Positions 37,963-47,931 are shown, counted from the stretch's first letter. The stretch: DNA of 64,000 bases from Clostridiales bacterium (GCA_015055975.1 SVHF01000005.1:2676-66675); one strand, 5' to 3'. The notes: generated by a model from the sequence alone, not told the origin. Program-made: numbers and translations.

Positions 37963-38620
37963 CTGGTTTAATCTCCTCATCTAAGATTGTGGTAATGTAG
38001 ATATCACCTTTTTGCCTTGTGTTCTTTCTAGAATTGAAATAATCGTTTCTTGCCATTTTGTCACGGATCTCTTTTTTAGGATACCATTCTAAAGCGCTTG
38101 CTTTTTCGCTACCTAGATATTCAATTTTGTCAAAGGCTCTTTTGCTTATAATTACGAATTGTTGTCCAAGTTTTCCAAGCGTTAGAGCATTGCATAATTG
38201 TCTATATGAAATTGTGCCATTGATGAAATCTTGAGCATAAGAAAAGTAGCTATCGTCAGCTCTATATCCTAACACTATATCTATCCCGTCTAACGATACT
38301 CTAAAATTTTTTATTAAAAAATCTCTGGCTTCGTTTGCTAGTGGAGATAAAATGTTGAATGTTCTATATGTCAATAGAATTGTTAACCAATGAAGAAAAG
38401 TGTATTTTGAGTCATTTAAATCTAGAATATTTAATCCTTCGGTAGAGATTTGATATTTATTTGCGTATCCATCTCTATCTTTTTCAACGGCCCATTCTTT
38501 TGCCATTTCTAAAGATTGCGTACAATAAAAACCTCGGCCGTAGTCGTTATAGGGTTTACCCGCGCCGTATATAGGTGTTTTTATGATGTCTTTTGATCCA
38601 TGGTAAATGATTTCGTTCAT
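37943..38620 (-). CDS. DUF3990 family protein (predicted ADP-ribosyltransferase fold)
   Basis: IYHGS, DYGRGFYCT, AKEWA, LGQQFV; start at MNEII (SD GGAG). Confidence 0.8.
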   Translation of the reverse strand: MNEIIYHGSKDIIKTPIYGAGKPYNDYGRGFYCTQSLEMAKEWAVEKDRDGYANKYQISTEGLNILDLNDSKYTFLHWLTILLTYRTFNILSPLANEARDFLIKNFRVSLDGIDIVLGYRADDSYFSYAQDFINGTISYRQLCNALTLGKLGQQFVIISKRAFDKIEYLGSEKASALEWYPKKEIRDKMARNDYFNSRKNTRQKGDIYITTILDEEIKPDDTRLR

Positions 38621-38651
38621 ACACACTCCATAGCTATTTATATTCAATAGT

Positions 38652-38705
38652 ATTATACTCCAATCGGAGTAGTGTGTCAATTTACTATACTCCAATCGGA
38701 GTAGT
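38652..38705 (-). promoter_or_regulatory. Consensus sigma-A promoter with two palindromic operators
   Basis: TTGACA (38680-38675)-17-TATAAT (38657-38652); 20-bp direct repeat at 38654 and 38686, each containing TACTCC-AATC-GGAGTA. Confidence 0.85.
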
Positions 38706-38706
38706 A

Positions 38707-40251
38707 TTAAAACTTAATATCAAAAATATCTGTGCAAATTCTATTTGCGTATTCTGGTTCGTGGGTAACTAATAATATGGCGCCTTTATAGTCTTGTAGA
38801 GCGTCAAATAGGGCATCTTTTGCATTGACGTCTAAATGATTAGTAGGCTCGTCTAAAATAAGCAAATTTGAAGACTTTTGCATAATTGCACAAAGTTTAA
38901 TCTTTACTTGTTCTCCACCAGATAGGTTTCCAACTGGTTTTGTAGCAAGTTCTCCGCGAAGGCCAACCTTTGCAAGTTCGCTTCTTATTTCTTTTGCATT
39001 CATTTTAGGGAACATTTCGTTCATAAATGTCGTTGCAGATATTGTTTTAGATCTAAACTCCAAATCTTGTTCAACATAGTTGATTTTTGTTTGAAGGTGG
39101 AAATCAAATGTGCCTGAGATTGCTGGAAGCTTATGCATCAATGTCTTTAAAAGAGTAGTCTTTCCAAGACCATTTGTTCCTCTAATCCACATCTTTGTAT
39201 CTGATGTCATAGATAAATCTATAGGGGGCAAAATAGCATGTCCATCGTATCCAATTTCAAGATTCTTAACTTCAAGTAAGTGTCTTGCTAGTATTTGAAC
39301 GTAAGGGAAGTTGAAAACTGGTTTTACAGTAGATACTGGCTTTTGCATAACATCAATTCTATCTAACATCTTTTGACGAGAATTCGCCATACCTGCAGTT
39401 GCTGCACGTGCTTTATTTTTAGCGATGTATTCTTCCATACGCTTAATTTCTCTTTGTTGACGTTCATAATCATCTTGATATTGTTGAGCTTTTTGCTCAT
39501 GTTGTAGTAGGTATTCATTATATGAGCACCAATATTTTGTGATTTGTCCGTTTTCAATATTGATGATTATCTTGCAAGTATTATTTAAAAATTGAGTATC
39601 GTGAGAAACAAGAATGAATGTACCCTTGAAAGAATTCAAGAACTTGTTTAGCCAATCGATTTGCTCCAAATCCAAAAAGTTAGTAGGCTCATCAAGTAGC
39701 ATTACATCTAAATCTTGAAGCAATAGCTTTGCTAGCATTAACTTTGCACGTTGACCACCAGAAAGCGTAGCAATTAAAGTATCATAACCATAGTTATTAA
39801 CGCCAAGGCCTGTTGCTACCTTTTTGATTTCAGATTCTAAATCGTAAAAGTTCGCGTGTTCTAATCTTTCTTGCATCTTTGCTGTTTTTTCGATTAGGGC
39901 ATTTAGTTGCTTTTCGTCCGCTTCTCCCATTTTCTCATAAAGAGAATTAAGTTCTGCTTCTAAATCAAATAAATGTTGGAATGAAGTTTTTAAATATTCC
40001 ATGACAGTTAAAGATCTGTCTATATTTGCATGTTGATCTAAATAACCCCATCTAATTCCGTTTAACCATTTAACTTCGCCTTCATCTTGAGAAAGGTTTC
40101 CTGCAATTATATTCATAAATGTAGATTTTCCTGCGCCATTTAAGCCAACAACACCAATGTGCTCACCATTATTTACGGTAAGATTTGCATTGTTGAATAA
40201 CTGCTTTTCATCAAAGACATGAGATAAATTAGTAATTGTTAAAACGCTCAT
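38707..40251 (-). CDS. ABC-F family ATPase (YfmM/YkpA-like translation factor)
   Basis: Two NBDs (GLNGAGKST/LSGGQ/LLDEPTN and GTNGLGKTT/LSGGE/ILDEPTN), PtIM linker, no TM. Confidence 0.92.
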   Translation of the reverse strand: MSVLTITNLSHVFDEKQLFNNANLTVNNGEHIGVVGLNGAGKSTFMNIIAGNLSQDEGEVKWLNGIRWGYLDQHANIDRSLTVMEYLKTSFQHLFDLEAELNSLYEKMGEADEKQLNALIEKTAKMQERLEHANFYDLESEIKKVATGLGVNNYGYDTLIATLSGGQRAKLMLAKLLLQDLDVMLLDEPTNFLDLEQIDWLNKFLNSFKGTFILVSHDTQFLNNTCKIIINIENGQITKYWCSYNEYLLQHEQKAQQYQDDYERQQREIKRMEEYIAKNKARAATAGMANSRQKMLDRIDVMQKPVSTVKPVFNFPYVQILARHLLEVKNLEIGYDGHAILPPIDLSMTSDTKMWIRGTNGLGKTTLLKTLMHKLPAISGTFDFHLQTKINYVEQDLEFRSKTISATTFMNEMFPKMNAKEIRSELAKVGLRGELATKPVGNLSGGEQVKIKLCAIMQKSSNLLILDEPTNHLDVNAKDALFDALQDYKGAILLVTHEPEYANRICTDIFDIKF

Positions 40252-40359
40252 GCCATTATTGTAAGATTTTAATATTGAATTATGCAACCAATAAAGTATG
40301 AAATATCTCCATTGAATAAAATATTATATTATGTTAATATTTTAACAGGAGGCTGTAAA

Positions 40360-41118
40360 ATGGCAAATAAGGTTATCGCTTTCGCAGGAAAAGGCGGAGT
40401 AGGAAAAACAAGTTTATCTGCGCTAACTGTTAAGTTATTGTGTAGCAAATTTAAAGATAAAAAGATTTTGGCAATTGATGCCGATCCAGCAGTTGGGTTA
40501 TCTACAGCATTAGGAGTTGAAGTAACACACACTGTTAATGATGTTAGATTAAATTTTATCGACGAATTAAAAAAACCAGATAGATTATCTACAATGGAAA
40601 TTTTAAATGAAGCTCATTTTGAATTATCTGACATAATGATTGATTGTAAAGATTATGCGTTTTTGGCAATTGGAAGACCAGAAGGAGCCGGTTGCTATTG
40701 TTCAATAAATAGTTTCTTAAAAGATATTATTTCAGAAATTGCATCCAATTTTGATTATGTAGTTATTGATGGCGAGGCTGGAATTGAGCAAGTTAATAGA
40801 AGAGTAATGCAAACCGTTACAGATTTAGTTTTAGTTTCTGATGGAAGCGCTAAAGGTATAAATGTAGCGAGAACTATTCAAGATGTAGCTAAGAATTTAC
40901 AAATGTATAATAACTCAGGAATTATAATAAATAGAGTGAAAGAAGACAAGTTCAAGGATTTAATCAATCTTGATGGATTGAGCTTATATGGATTTATTGA
41001 TGAGGACCCAAATCTTCAACTATTAGATATTCAAGGAAAATCTCTATTTGAATTAGAAGATAACTCAATTACAGTTAAAGGATTAGAAACAGCACTTAAA
41101 AAGGCAGGAATTATATAA
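40360..41118 (+). CDS. cooC: CooC/AcsF-like nickel-insertion ATPase
   Basis: GKGGVGKT, DADP, GRPEGAGCYC (CxC), IDGEAGIE; SD AGGAGG before ATG 40360. Confidence 0.8.
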   Translation: MANKVIAFAGKGGVGKTSLSALTVKLLCSKFKDKKILAIDADPAVGLSTALGVEVTHTVNDVRLNFIDELKKPDRLSTMEILNEAHFELSDIMIDCKDYAFLAIGRPEGAGCYCSINSFLKDIISEIASNFDYVVIDGEAGIEQVNRRVMQTVTDLVLVSDGSAKGINVARTIQDVAKNLQMYNNSGIIINRVKEDKFKDLINLDGLSLYGFIDEDPNLQLLDIQGKSLFELEDNSITVKGLETALKKAGII

Positions 41119-42326
41119 TGCGTGATTTAAAACATATCCATTTTTATGAAGATTTGCTAGAACAAGCAAACAATGAATTGGTGCAAAAAGCGAAAAAAGA
41201 AGGAAAGGCTTGTGTTGCATATACCTGTTATTATATGCCAGAAGCGCTATTAAATTTAGACAATAGCTTTTCTGTTAGACTTCGCGCTCCACATACAGGG
41301 TCATTAGATATTAGCCAATATTATATGTCTAGTTTTATTTGTGGATATTCAAGAGCACTTTTAGAGAGAGCATTTGAAGGTGGATTCAATTTCGTTGATT
41401 GTTATTTTTCATCAGACACATGCCAACAAATGGTCAGAGTTGTTGAAAACATCCACGAAATGAATCTAATAGACAACAAACGATTCTATTACAACATTAT
41501 CGATGCGCCATTGAAGATAACAGAACATGGCACTGAGTTTTACACAAATCAAGTTAAAACAAGATTTTTAGAACCACTTAGAGATAAGTTTAATTGTGAT
41601 ATATCAGAAGAGGCCTTAAGAAAAGCGGTTGAAATGCATAATAGAATGTGTGCAATTTTTGAGGAAATCTCTGAAATGAGAAAGGAAGAAAATCCAAAAA
41701 TCACACCAAGAGAATTCCATATTTTATGTTTGGTTAGTTATGCTTGTCCTACATATTTAATATTGCCATATCTTGAAGAAACTCTTGAGGATTTAAGACA
41801 TCGTCAAAAGGATGAAAAAAATAGATGGAGAGCAAGAGTAGTTGTAGTTGGTTCTGAAATAGACGATTATACATTCTCAGAAATTTTGGAATCTTGTAAT
41901 TGTTATGTAGTTGCAGATAGATATTGCTATGGATCAATACCTGGAAGACAACAAATTGTATTAAATGACAAAGAGCCTGTATTAGATCAAGTATGTAGAA
42001 ACTATTTAGTTACTAATCAATGCCCAAGATTTATGGCACAAGATAAGATTCAAGGAAGAAGGGAACTTATTAAGAGACTTGTAGAAGATTATAAGGCAGA
42101 TGGCATTATATATGAACAAGCAAAGTTCTGCGATTTCTGGGGATATGAAAGAATGCTTGCATCAAGAGTATTGCAAGATGAATACCATATTCCAACAACG
42201 CAAATCGATAGAGAATATGTAGTATCTGGATCAGGTCAGTTAATGACAAGAATTCAAGCTTTTGTTGAAAGCTTAGAAATAAAGAAAATACAAGCAAAGG
42301 AGGCAGCAAAGCATGGCAAAGACTAA
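41118..42326 (+). CDS. 2-hydroxyacyl-CoA dehydratase family subunit (beta/BcrC/DCCP-like)
   Basis: YTCYYMPE, ICGYSR, DTCQQ, RYCYG, CPRF, KFCDFW; C-terminal TRIQAFVE. Confidence 0.85.
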   Translation: MRDLKHIHFYEDLLEQANNELVQKAKKEGKACVAYTCYYMPEALLNLDNSFSVRLRAPHTGSLDISQYYMSSFICGYSRALLERAFEGGFNFVDCYFSSDTCQQMVRVVENIHEMNLIDNKRFYYNIIDAPLKITEHGTEFYTNQVKTRFLEPLRDKFNCDISEEALRKAVEMHNRMCAIFEEISEMRKEENPKITPREFHILCLVSYACPTYLILPYLEETLEDLRHRQKDEKNRWRARVVVVGSEIDDYTFSEILESCNCYVVADRYCYGSIPGRQQIVLNDKEPVLDQVCRNYLVTNQCPRFMAQDKIQGRRELIKRLVEDYKADGIIYEQAKFCDFWGYERMLASRVLQDEYHIPTTQIDREYVVSGSGQLMTRIQAFVESLEIKKIQAKEAAKHGKD

Positions 42327-43857
42327 GCATATAGCAGATAATTATAAGCCAAAAACTTGTATTTATAAACGCCGTGAATGGCGAGGCTTTAAAGATACTT
42401 TCTATGATTTTTTCCAATGGTTAAAATTGTGGGGGATTTTGGCAGGCTGGCTTCTTGCCCATCCAATCCAAAATATAAAGGCATTATTTAGATATCGTTG
42501 GATGTACACATATCTAACGGTTGTTTCATTCTTTGATAGATTAATGAGCCAAATGAAAGGAGCTGCTCTTAGAGCTGCTAGAAACAATATGAATACTCTA
42601 GCAAAAATAGTAACAAAGCATTTAACAATACTATTTTCAGCAGATGAGCATTTGCATCCTCATTCTAAAAAGGCTAAAGAAAAATCTGAGCATATCATTT
42701 TGATTGATGAATTATTACCGGGCATTTTCTGCGCAGGATTTAAGGGATATAACACAATTTTATATCAAGTAGCTCCTGTATATTTGCCATCATTAATTAA
42801 TCAACATACGCCAGTTCATTATATCAGCCAAACTGAAAGCTATGGATTGCCGGCAGATGTATGTCCGCTTCCATCATATGAAGCAGGCGTTGCGATTGAA
42901 GATGATTTCTGCAAAGTTGGTAAATGCTTTATCTCATGCAATATGCCATGTGATGGCAGTATCATGACATCAGCTGTACAAGATAGACGACATGGACTAC
43001 CAACAATGCCTTTAAATGTTCCACTTCGTTGGAAAAGAGAAGAGGTCATGGATTATGCAGTAAAAGAATACAAATCTGTAATTAAGTTCATTGAAGATCA
43101 AACTGGTGCAATATTTGATTACGATGAATTGAGAAAAGCTTGCGAAATTTGGAACGAACAAACAAGAATGAAGATGGAAAAGTGGGAATTAAATAAAACT
43201 GACATTCCACCACACACAGGCTCTACATCTTGGTTGTATAGAATATTTGAATATCAATTTGCATGCGGAAATGCTCAAGCTCTAAAGAACGATAAAAAGG
43301 TCAATGCAATATTGAGAAAGCAAGTAGCTAAAGGAATATTCCCAAAGACTGTAAAGCATCGTGCAATTATTTGGAATACGCCATGTAACAATTATGCAAA
43401 CTTTAACGAATGGTTATTGGACTGTTGGGGTATTGATTCTGTTTGCGAAATGATTGATTTCCAAGGATCTGAAATAATTGATACATCTACACCAGAAACT
43501 ATGTTATATGGTATTGCTAAGATGGCACAAGGAGCTACCATGAGAGTTCATACAAAAGGTGGCTATGAAGTTATCTTAGATGATTTATGGGTTAAGATGG
43601 AAGAATTTAATGCCGATATGGTAATTATGTTTGAGCAAATTTCTTGCAAGGGCGTAGCGGCTATAAGCGGCTTATTTGAAGAACAAGCAATGAAGAGGGG
43701 CGTTAAGTTTGTTTGGGTTAAACAAGATTTGATGGACCCAACCTCAATATCTAGAAGAGATATGAGAGACGACATTAATAAATTTATGAAGACAGTAATG
43801 AGAGAAGAACCACTAGATGAATCTCTAGTTGATTTCGACGATAGTGAATGCTGGTAG
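42313..43857 (+). CDS. 2-hydroxyacyl-CoA dehydratase family alpha subunit with N-terminal amphipathic extension
   Basis: YGLPADVCP, NMPCDG, QISCKG, D.MDP motifs; about 100 extra N-terminal residues rich in W/F/K/R. Confidence 0.8.
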   Translation: MAKTKHIADNYKPKTCIYKRREWRGFKDTFYDFFQWLKLWGILAGWLLAHPIQNIKALFRYRWMYTYLTVVSFFDRLMSQMKGAALRAARNNMNTLAKIVTKHLTILFSADEHLHPHSKKAKEKSEHIILIDELLPGIFCAGFKGYNTILYQVAPVYLPSLINQHTPVHYISQTESYGLPADVCPLPSYEAGVAIEDDFCKVGKCFISCNMPCDGSIMTSAVQDRRHGLPTMPLNVPLRWKREEVMDYAVKEYKSVIKFIEDQTGAIFDYDELRKACEIWNEQTRMKMEKWELNKTDIPPHTGSTSWLYRIFEYQFACGNAQALKNDKKVNAILRKQVAKGIFPKTVKHRAIIWNTPCNNYANFNEWLLDCWGIDSVCEMIDFQGSEIIDTSTPETMLYGIAKMAQGATMRVHTKGGYEVILDDLWVKMEEFNADMVIMFEQISCKGVAAISGLFEEQAMKRGVKFVWVKQDLMDPTSISRRDMRDDINKFMKTVMREEPLDESLVDFDDSECW

Positions 43858-43867
43858 GAGGCTAAAG

Positions 43868-44677
43868 ATGAAAAAATATTTTTGTGGATGTGACGTAGGT
43901 TCAACATATGCTAAATGCGTAATAATGGATGAGGAAGGCAAAATTCTTGCTCACTCAACAATTCGTTCAAAGATAAATCCAGTGCAATCGGCAACAATAG
44001 CTCTAGATGAAACAATTAAACAAGTAGATGGGCTAAATAGTGCACAAGAATTGACATATCTTGTAGGAACAGGATATGGAAGAAATAAGGTGCCATTTGC
44101 TGATGAAAATATATCTGAAATCTCTTGCCATGCGATGGGCGTACATGTAGTTGATCCAACTATAACTGGTATTATTGATATCGGTGGACAAGACGTTAAA
44201 GGTATTAGAATAGATAAAGATGGAACTGTTTTGAACTTTGCTATGAACGATAAATGTGCAGCAGGCACAGGAAAGTTCTATGAAGCTATGGCAAGAGCTT
44301 TCGAAATGCCACTTGAAGAATTTGCAAAGTTATCTTTAAAGGCTAAAAATGTTATTCCAATTACAGCTCAATGTACAGTATTTGCTGAATCAGAAGTAAC
44401 ATCGCTTGTTGGTGAAGGAAAACCAATGGAAGAAATTGCAGCTGGTCTTCAAGTATCTATTGCAAAAAGATGTTTTGTAATGGCTAAAAAAGCAGGCACT
44501 GATGGAAAGATTACATTAACGGGTGGTTGTGCTAAAAATGAAGGATTGAAAAAGGCAATTGAGCAAGTTCTAAGAATTAAAGTAACAGAACTTCCTCTAG
44601 ATCCTCAACTTATGGGCGCACTAGGAGCTGCAGAATATGCAAGACAAAAGGGATTGGCAGAAGGAGCGAATAAATAA
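43868..44677 (+). CDS. Acyl-CoA dehydratase activase (HgdC/BcrAD ASKHA ATPase)
   Basis: GCDVGST, GTGYGR, EISCHA, IDIGGQD, NDKCAAGTG, CTVFAESE, LTGG; start at MKKYF. Confidence 0.92.
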   Translation: MKKYFCGCDVGSTYAKCVIMDEEGKILAHSTIRSKINPVQSATIALDETIKQVDGLNSAQELTYLVGTGYGRNKVPFADENISEISCHAMGVHVVDPTITGIIDIGGQDVKGIRIDKDGTVLNFAMNDKCAAGTGKFYEAMARAFEMPLEEFAKLSLKAKNVIPITAQCTVFAESEVTSLVGEGKPMEEIAAGLQVSIAKRCFVMAKKAGTDGKITLTGGCAKNEGLKKAIEQVLRIKVTELPLDPQLMGALGAAEYARQKGLAEGANK

Positions 44678-44790
44678 TGATTACATTGTTTTTGATTTAT
44701 TATTTTAACCTAGATACAAAACTTATCTATCTTTTGCAAAAACCAATGATGAAGCATTATGACAACATAAAGAGAGATAGAAAACTATAA
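44677..44790 (+). CDS. Unannotated 37-aa small membrane protein (MITLFLIYYFNLDTKLIYLLQKPMMKHYDNIKRDRKL)
   Basis: Fills the whole gap; TAATG overlap with both neighbours; SD AAGGAG upstream. Confidence 0.75.
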   Translation: MITLFLIYYFNLDTKLIYLLQKPMMKHYDNIKRDRKL

Positions 44791-45506
44791 TGAATTTGTA
44801 TGATGGATTAATAAAAGACATTTTCAAGGTGTTAGCTAATTATCCAATGAAAAAATTGGATAGCAAGCCTTTGGCTTGGGATATTAATAACAAGAACGTT
44901 TTTCTTTTAGATAAGGAAATGGCATATGAGCTTGGTGGATATCCTAAAGATAGTGTTAATATTATAATCCAATCGGACAACCAATTTATTGACGATGGAA
45001 TATATTTTATATGCCCAAATGATTTTGACATCAAATTGCTTGAAAAACAGCGTCATTTATCATTTGGGAAAATCGTTTTATTAAAGACAAAAAATCTTGA
45101 CGAAAATAATATCTATGATTTCACGCAAAAAACTTTAATTAAAGATACGAAAGCTTATTTTAATGACGTTATGACAAGAGCGTCTTCAAAGCACTATTTT
45201 ATAAATTATAAAGTGTCCAAAAAGGCTATAAAAGATGGCTTTGATATCTATAAGATGGCAAGCTCAATACATTCTTCATATCTAGAAATAGATGAAGTTG
45301 TTAATTGTGCTGTTATAATATTATTGGGCGATATGAATATTTATAAAGAGCTTTTGCCATTGGCGGAAAAGAATAAGGAAATATCTATAGCTCTAAATCA
45401 CATATTTGATGGCGTAAATATGGATTGTAAGTCCTGTGATATGACAGATATATGTGATGAGATAAAAGAGCTGCGTGCAATACACAAAAAACAACAAAAG
45501 GAGTAA
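44790..45506 (+). CDS. Acetyl-CoA synthase (AcsB/CdhC) middle-domain-like protein with C-terminal CxxC-x5-C
   Basis: YELGG, SFGKIVLL, VMTRAS...YKVSKKAIKDG resemble the ACS/CdhC region; ends DCKSCDMTDICDEI. Confidence 0.55.
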   Translation: MNLYDGLIKDIFKVLANYPMKKLDSKPLAWDINNKNVFLLDKEMAYELGGYPKDSVNIIIQSDNQFIDDGIYFICPNDFDIKLLEKQRHLSFGKIVLLKTKNLDENNIYDFTQKTLIKDTKAYFNDVMTRASSKHYFINYKVSKKAIKDGFDIYKMASSIHSSYLEIDEVVNCAVIILLGDMNIYKELLPLAEKNKEISIALNHIFDGVNMDCKSCDMTDICDEIKELRAIHKKQQKE

Positions 45507-45511
45507 TTACT

Positions 45512-47212
45512 ATGGGGGAAAAAATAATAGTTAATCCAAAGACAAGATGGTATAAAGACGCCGTCGTTTATCAAATTTATCCAAGAAGCTTTTGCGATTC
45601 AAATGGTGATGGCATTGGCGACTTGAGAGGAATTATTTCAAAACTAGACTATATCAAATCTTTAGGAGTTAATGCCGTTTGGCTATCTCCAATTTACAAA
45701 TCTCCAAATGATGACAATGGATATGATATCTCAGATTATAGAGACATTATGGATGAGTTTGGCACAATGGCAGATTTTGACGAAATGATTAAAGGTATGC
45801 ATGATAGAGGCATCAAGCTTATTATGGACCTTGTCGTTAACCATACGTCAGATGAACATAAGTGGTTCTTAGAATCTAAAAAATCTAAAGATAACCCATA
45901 TAGAGATTACTATATCTGGAGAGAAGGAAAGGGCAAAAAACCTCCAAACAATTGGATGAGTAACTTCGTAGGACCAGCTTGGGAATACGATGAAACAACA
46001 GGTGAGTATTATTTGCACCTATTTTCTAAAAAACAGCCAGATCTAAATTGGGAAAATCCAAAGGTTAGACAAGAGGTTGCAGATATTTGTAATTTCTGGT
46101 TCGAAAAGGGCGTAGATGGCTTTAGATGCGACGTTATCACATATATATCTAAAGTTCCAGGTCTTCCTGATGGGAATTTCTTAAAGGATGCGCCTTTAAT
46201 GGGGCAACATAACTATGTTATGGGACCAAGATATCATGAATATATGCACGAGCTAAATGAAAGAGCATTTTCTAGATATGACACAATGACAGTTGGTGAA
46301 GCTGCCGGTATTACATTTAAAGATGCATATAAGAGCATTGATGAATCAGTAGGAGAGCTTGATTCTGTATTTACATTTGAACATGTTAATGCGGATATGT
46401 ATATTCAAGTGTTCCCACATAAATTATCTCTTCCAAAATGGAAGAAGATCTTATCTAATTGGCAAAGTTTGCCTCTAACATCACAACCAACCCTATTTTT
46501 AGAAAATCATGACCAACCACGTTCTTGGCCAAGATTTGTTATGTATGAAAAGAACAATAAAGAGCTTGCTTGTAAGATGTTACTTGTTGCTATGCAAATG
46601 ATGAGAGGAACAGGATATATTTACCAAGGACAAGAAATCGGTATGACAAATATCGAATTAAAGCAAGAAGAATATATAGACATCATGGCAACTCGTATCT
46701 TCGATACGCTTAAAAAGACAGCGCCATTTTTGATGCCTATTGCAAGAAGCGCTATGGCAAAAAGAGCAAGAGATCACGCAAGAACTCCAATGCAATGGGA
46801 TTCAAGTGAGCTTTGCGGATTTACTACAGGAAAGCCATGGATGAAGATAAATCCAAATCATGTAGATGTAAATGTCGAAAAGCAAGAAAATGATGTAGAT
46901 AGTATCTTGAATTTCTATAGAAAATTCTTACATTTTAGAAAAGGCAAGGACGTCATAATCTCGGGTTCATATGTTCCATATTACGAGAAAAATAGAAGCT
47001 TGTTCGTATACAATAGAGTTTTAGGTAATAAGGCATATTTCACGATTTGTAATTTCAAGAATAAGCCAATTAGTTTCAAGGTTCCAAAAGACTTGAATAT
47101 CAAGTCTTCAAAAGTGGCAATTACAAACTATAAAGAACCGGTTTCAGATGTATTAATGTCAAGAAAGATTGCGCCATTTGAAGCAGTTGTTTATGAATTA
47201 GAATTGAAATAA
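45512..47212 (+). CDS. GH13 oligo-1,6-glucosidase / alpha-glucosidase
   Basis: YQIYPRSF.DSNGDGIGD, DLVVNH, DGFRCDV, VGE, ENHDQPR. Confidence 0.92.
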   Translation: MGEKIIVNPKTRWYKDAVVYQIYPRSFCDSNGDGIGDLRGIISKLDYIKSLGVNAVWLSPIYKSPNDDNGYDISDYRDIMDEFGTMADFDEMIKGMHDRGIKLIMDLVVNHTSDEHKWFLESKKSKDNPYRDYYIWREGKGKKPPNNWMSNFVGPAWEYDETTGEYYLHLFSKKQPDLNWENPKVRQEVADICNFWFEKGVDGFRCDVITYISKVPGLPDGNFLKDAPLMGQHNYVMGPRYHEYMHELNERAFSRYDTMTVGEAAGITFKDAYKSIDESVGELDSVFTFEHVNADMYIQVFPHKLSLPKWKKILSNWQSLPLTSQPTLFLENHDQPRSWPRFVMYEKNNKELACKMLLVAMQMMRGTGYIYQGQEIGMTNIELKQEEYIDIMATRIFDTLKKTAPFLMPIARSAMAKRARDHARTPMQWDSSELCGFTTGKPWMKINPNHVDVNVEKQENDVDSILNFYRKFLHFRKGKDVIISGSYVPYYEKNRSLFVYNRVLGNKAYFTICNFKNKPISFKVPKDLNIKSSKVAITNYKEPVSDVLMSRKIAPFEAVVYELELK

Positions 47213-47931
47213 TGCAAGACATAGAAAAATTACAAGAATTAATAGACAAATCAAATAAAATAGTTTTCTTTGGAGGAGCAGGAGTTAGCACCGAATCTGG
47301 CATTCCAGATTTTAGAAGCCAGGACGGATTATATAACCAAAAGTATAAATATCCTCCAGAGGAAATAATTTCTCATACATTTTTTGTCCATAAAACAGAA
47401 GAATTTTATGAGTTTTATAAAGATAGAATGCTTTATTTAGACGCAAAGCCAAACATTACACATAAGGCTCTAGCAAAGCTAGAAGAGAAGGGAAAATTGC
47501 TTGCAATTGTTACTCAAAACATAGATGGGCTTCATCAATTAGCAGGCTCTAAAAAAGTCTTTGAATTACACGGAAGTGTGCTTAGAAATTATTGTACAAA
47601 GTGCAGAAAATTTTACGATGTGAATTTTATTAAAAATTCAGTTGGTGTTCCAAAGTGTTCATGTGGTGGTATTGTAAAGCCAGATGTTGTTTTGTATGAA
47701 GAAGGACTTGATGAGGATGTAATTGTCGGCTCTATTAAAGCTATCGAAAATGCGGATTTATTAATCATTGCTGGAACGTCTTTAGTTGTTCAACCAGCAG
47801 CAAGTTTAATTAACTATTATCGTGGCAAGGACATAGTCCTTATTAACAAGTCTGAAACCTTTGCAGATAGTCGTGCAAGCCTATGTTTTCACGACTCTTT
47901 GGGCAGTGTTTTTGAAAAGTTGAATATTTAG
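47212..47931 (+). CDS. cobB: NAD-dependent protein deacylase (sirtuin)
   Basis: GGAGVSTESGIPDFRS, TQNIDGLH, CTKC/CSC zinc site, GTSLVV. Confidence 0.93.
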   Translation: MQDIEKLQELIDKSNKIVFFGGAGVSTESGIPDFRSQDGLYNQKYKYPPEEIISHTFFVHKTEEFYEFYKDRMLYLDAKPNITHKALAKLEEKGKLLAIVTQNIDGLHQLAGSKKVFELHGSVLRNYCTKCRKFYDVNFIKNSVGVPKCSCGGIVKPDVVLYEEGLDEDVIVGSIKAIENADLLIIAGTSLVVQPAASLINYYRGKDIVLINKSETFADSRASLCFHDSLGSVFEKLNI

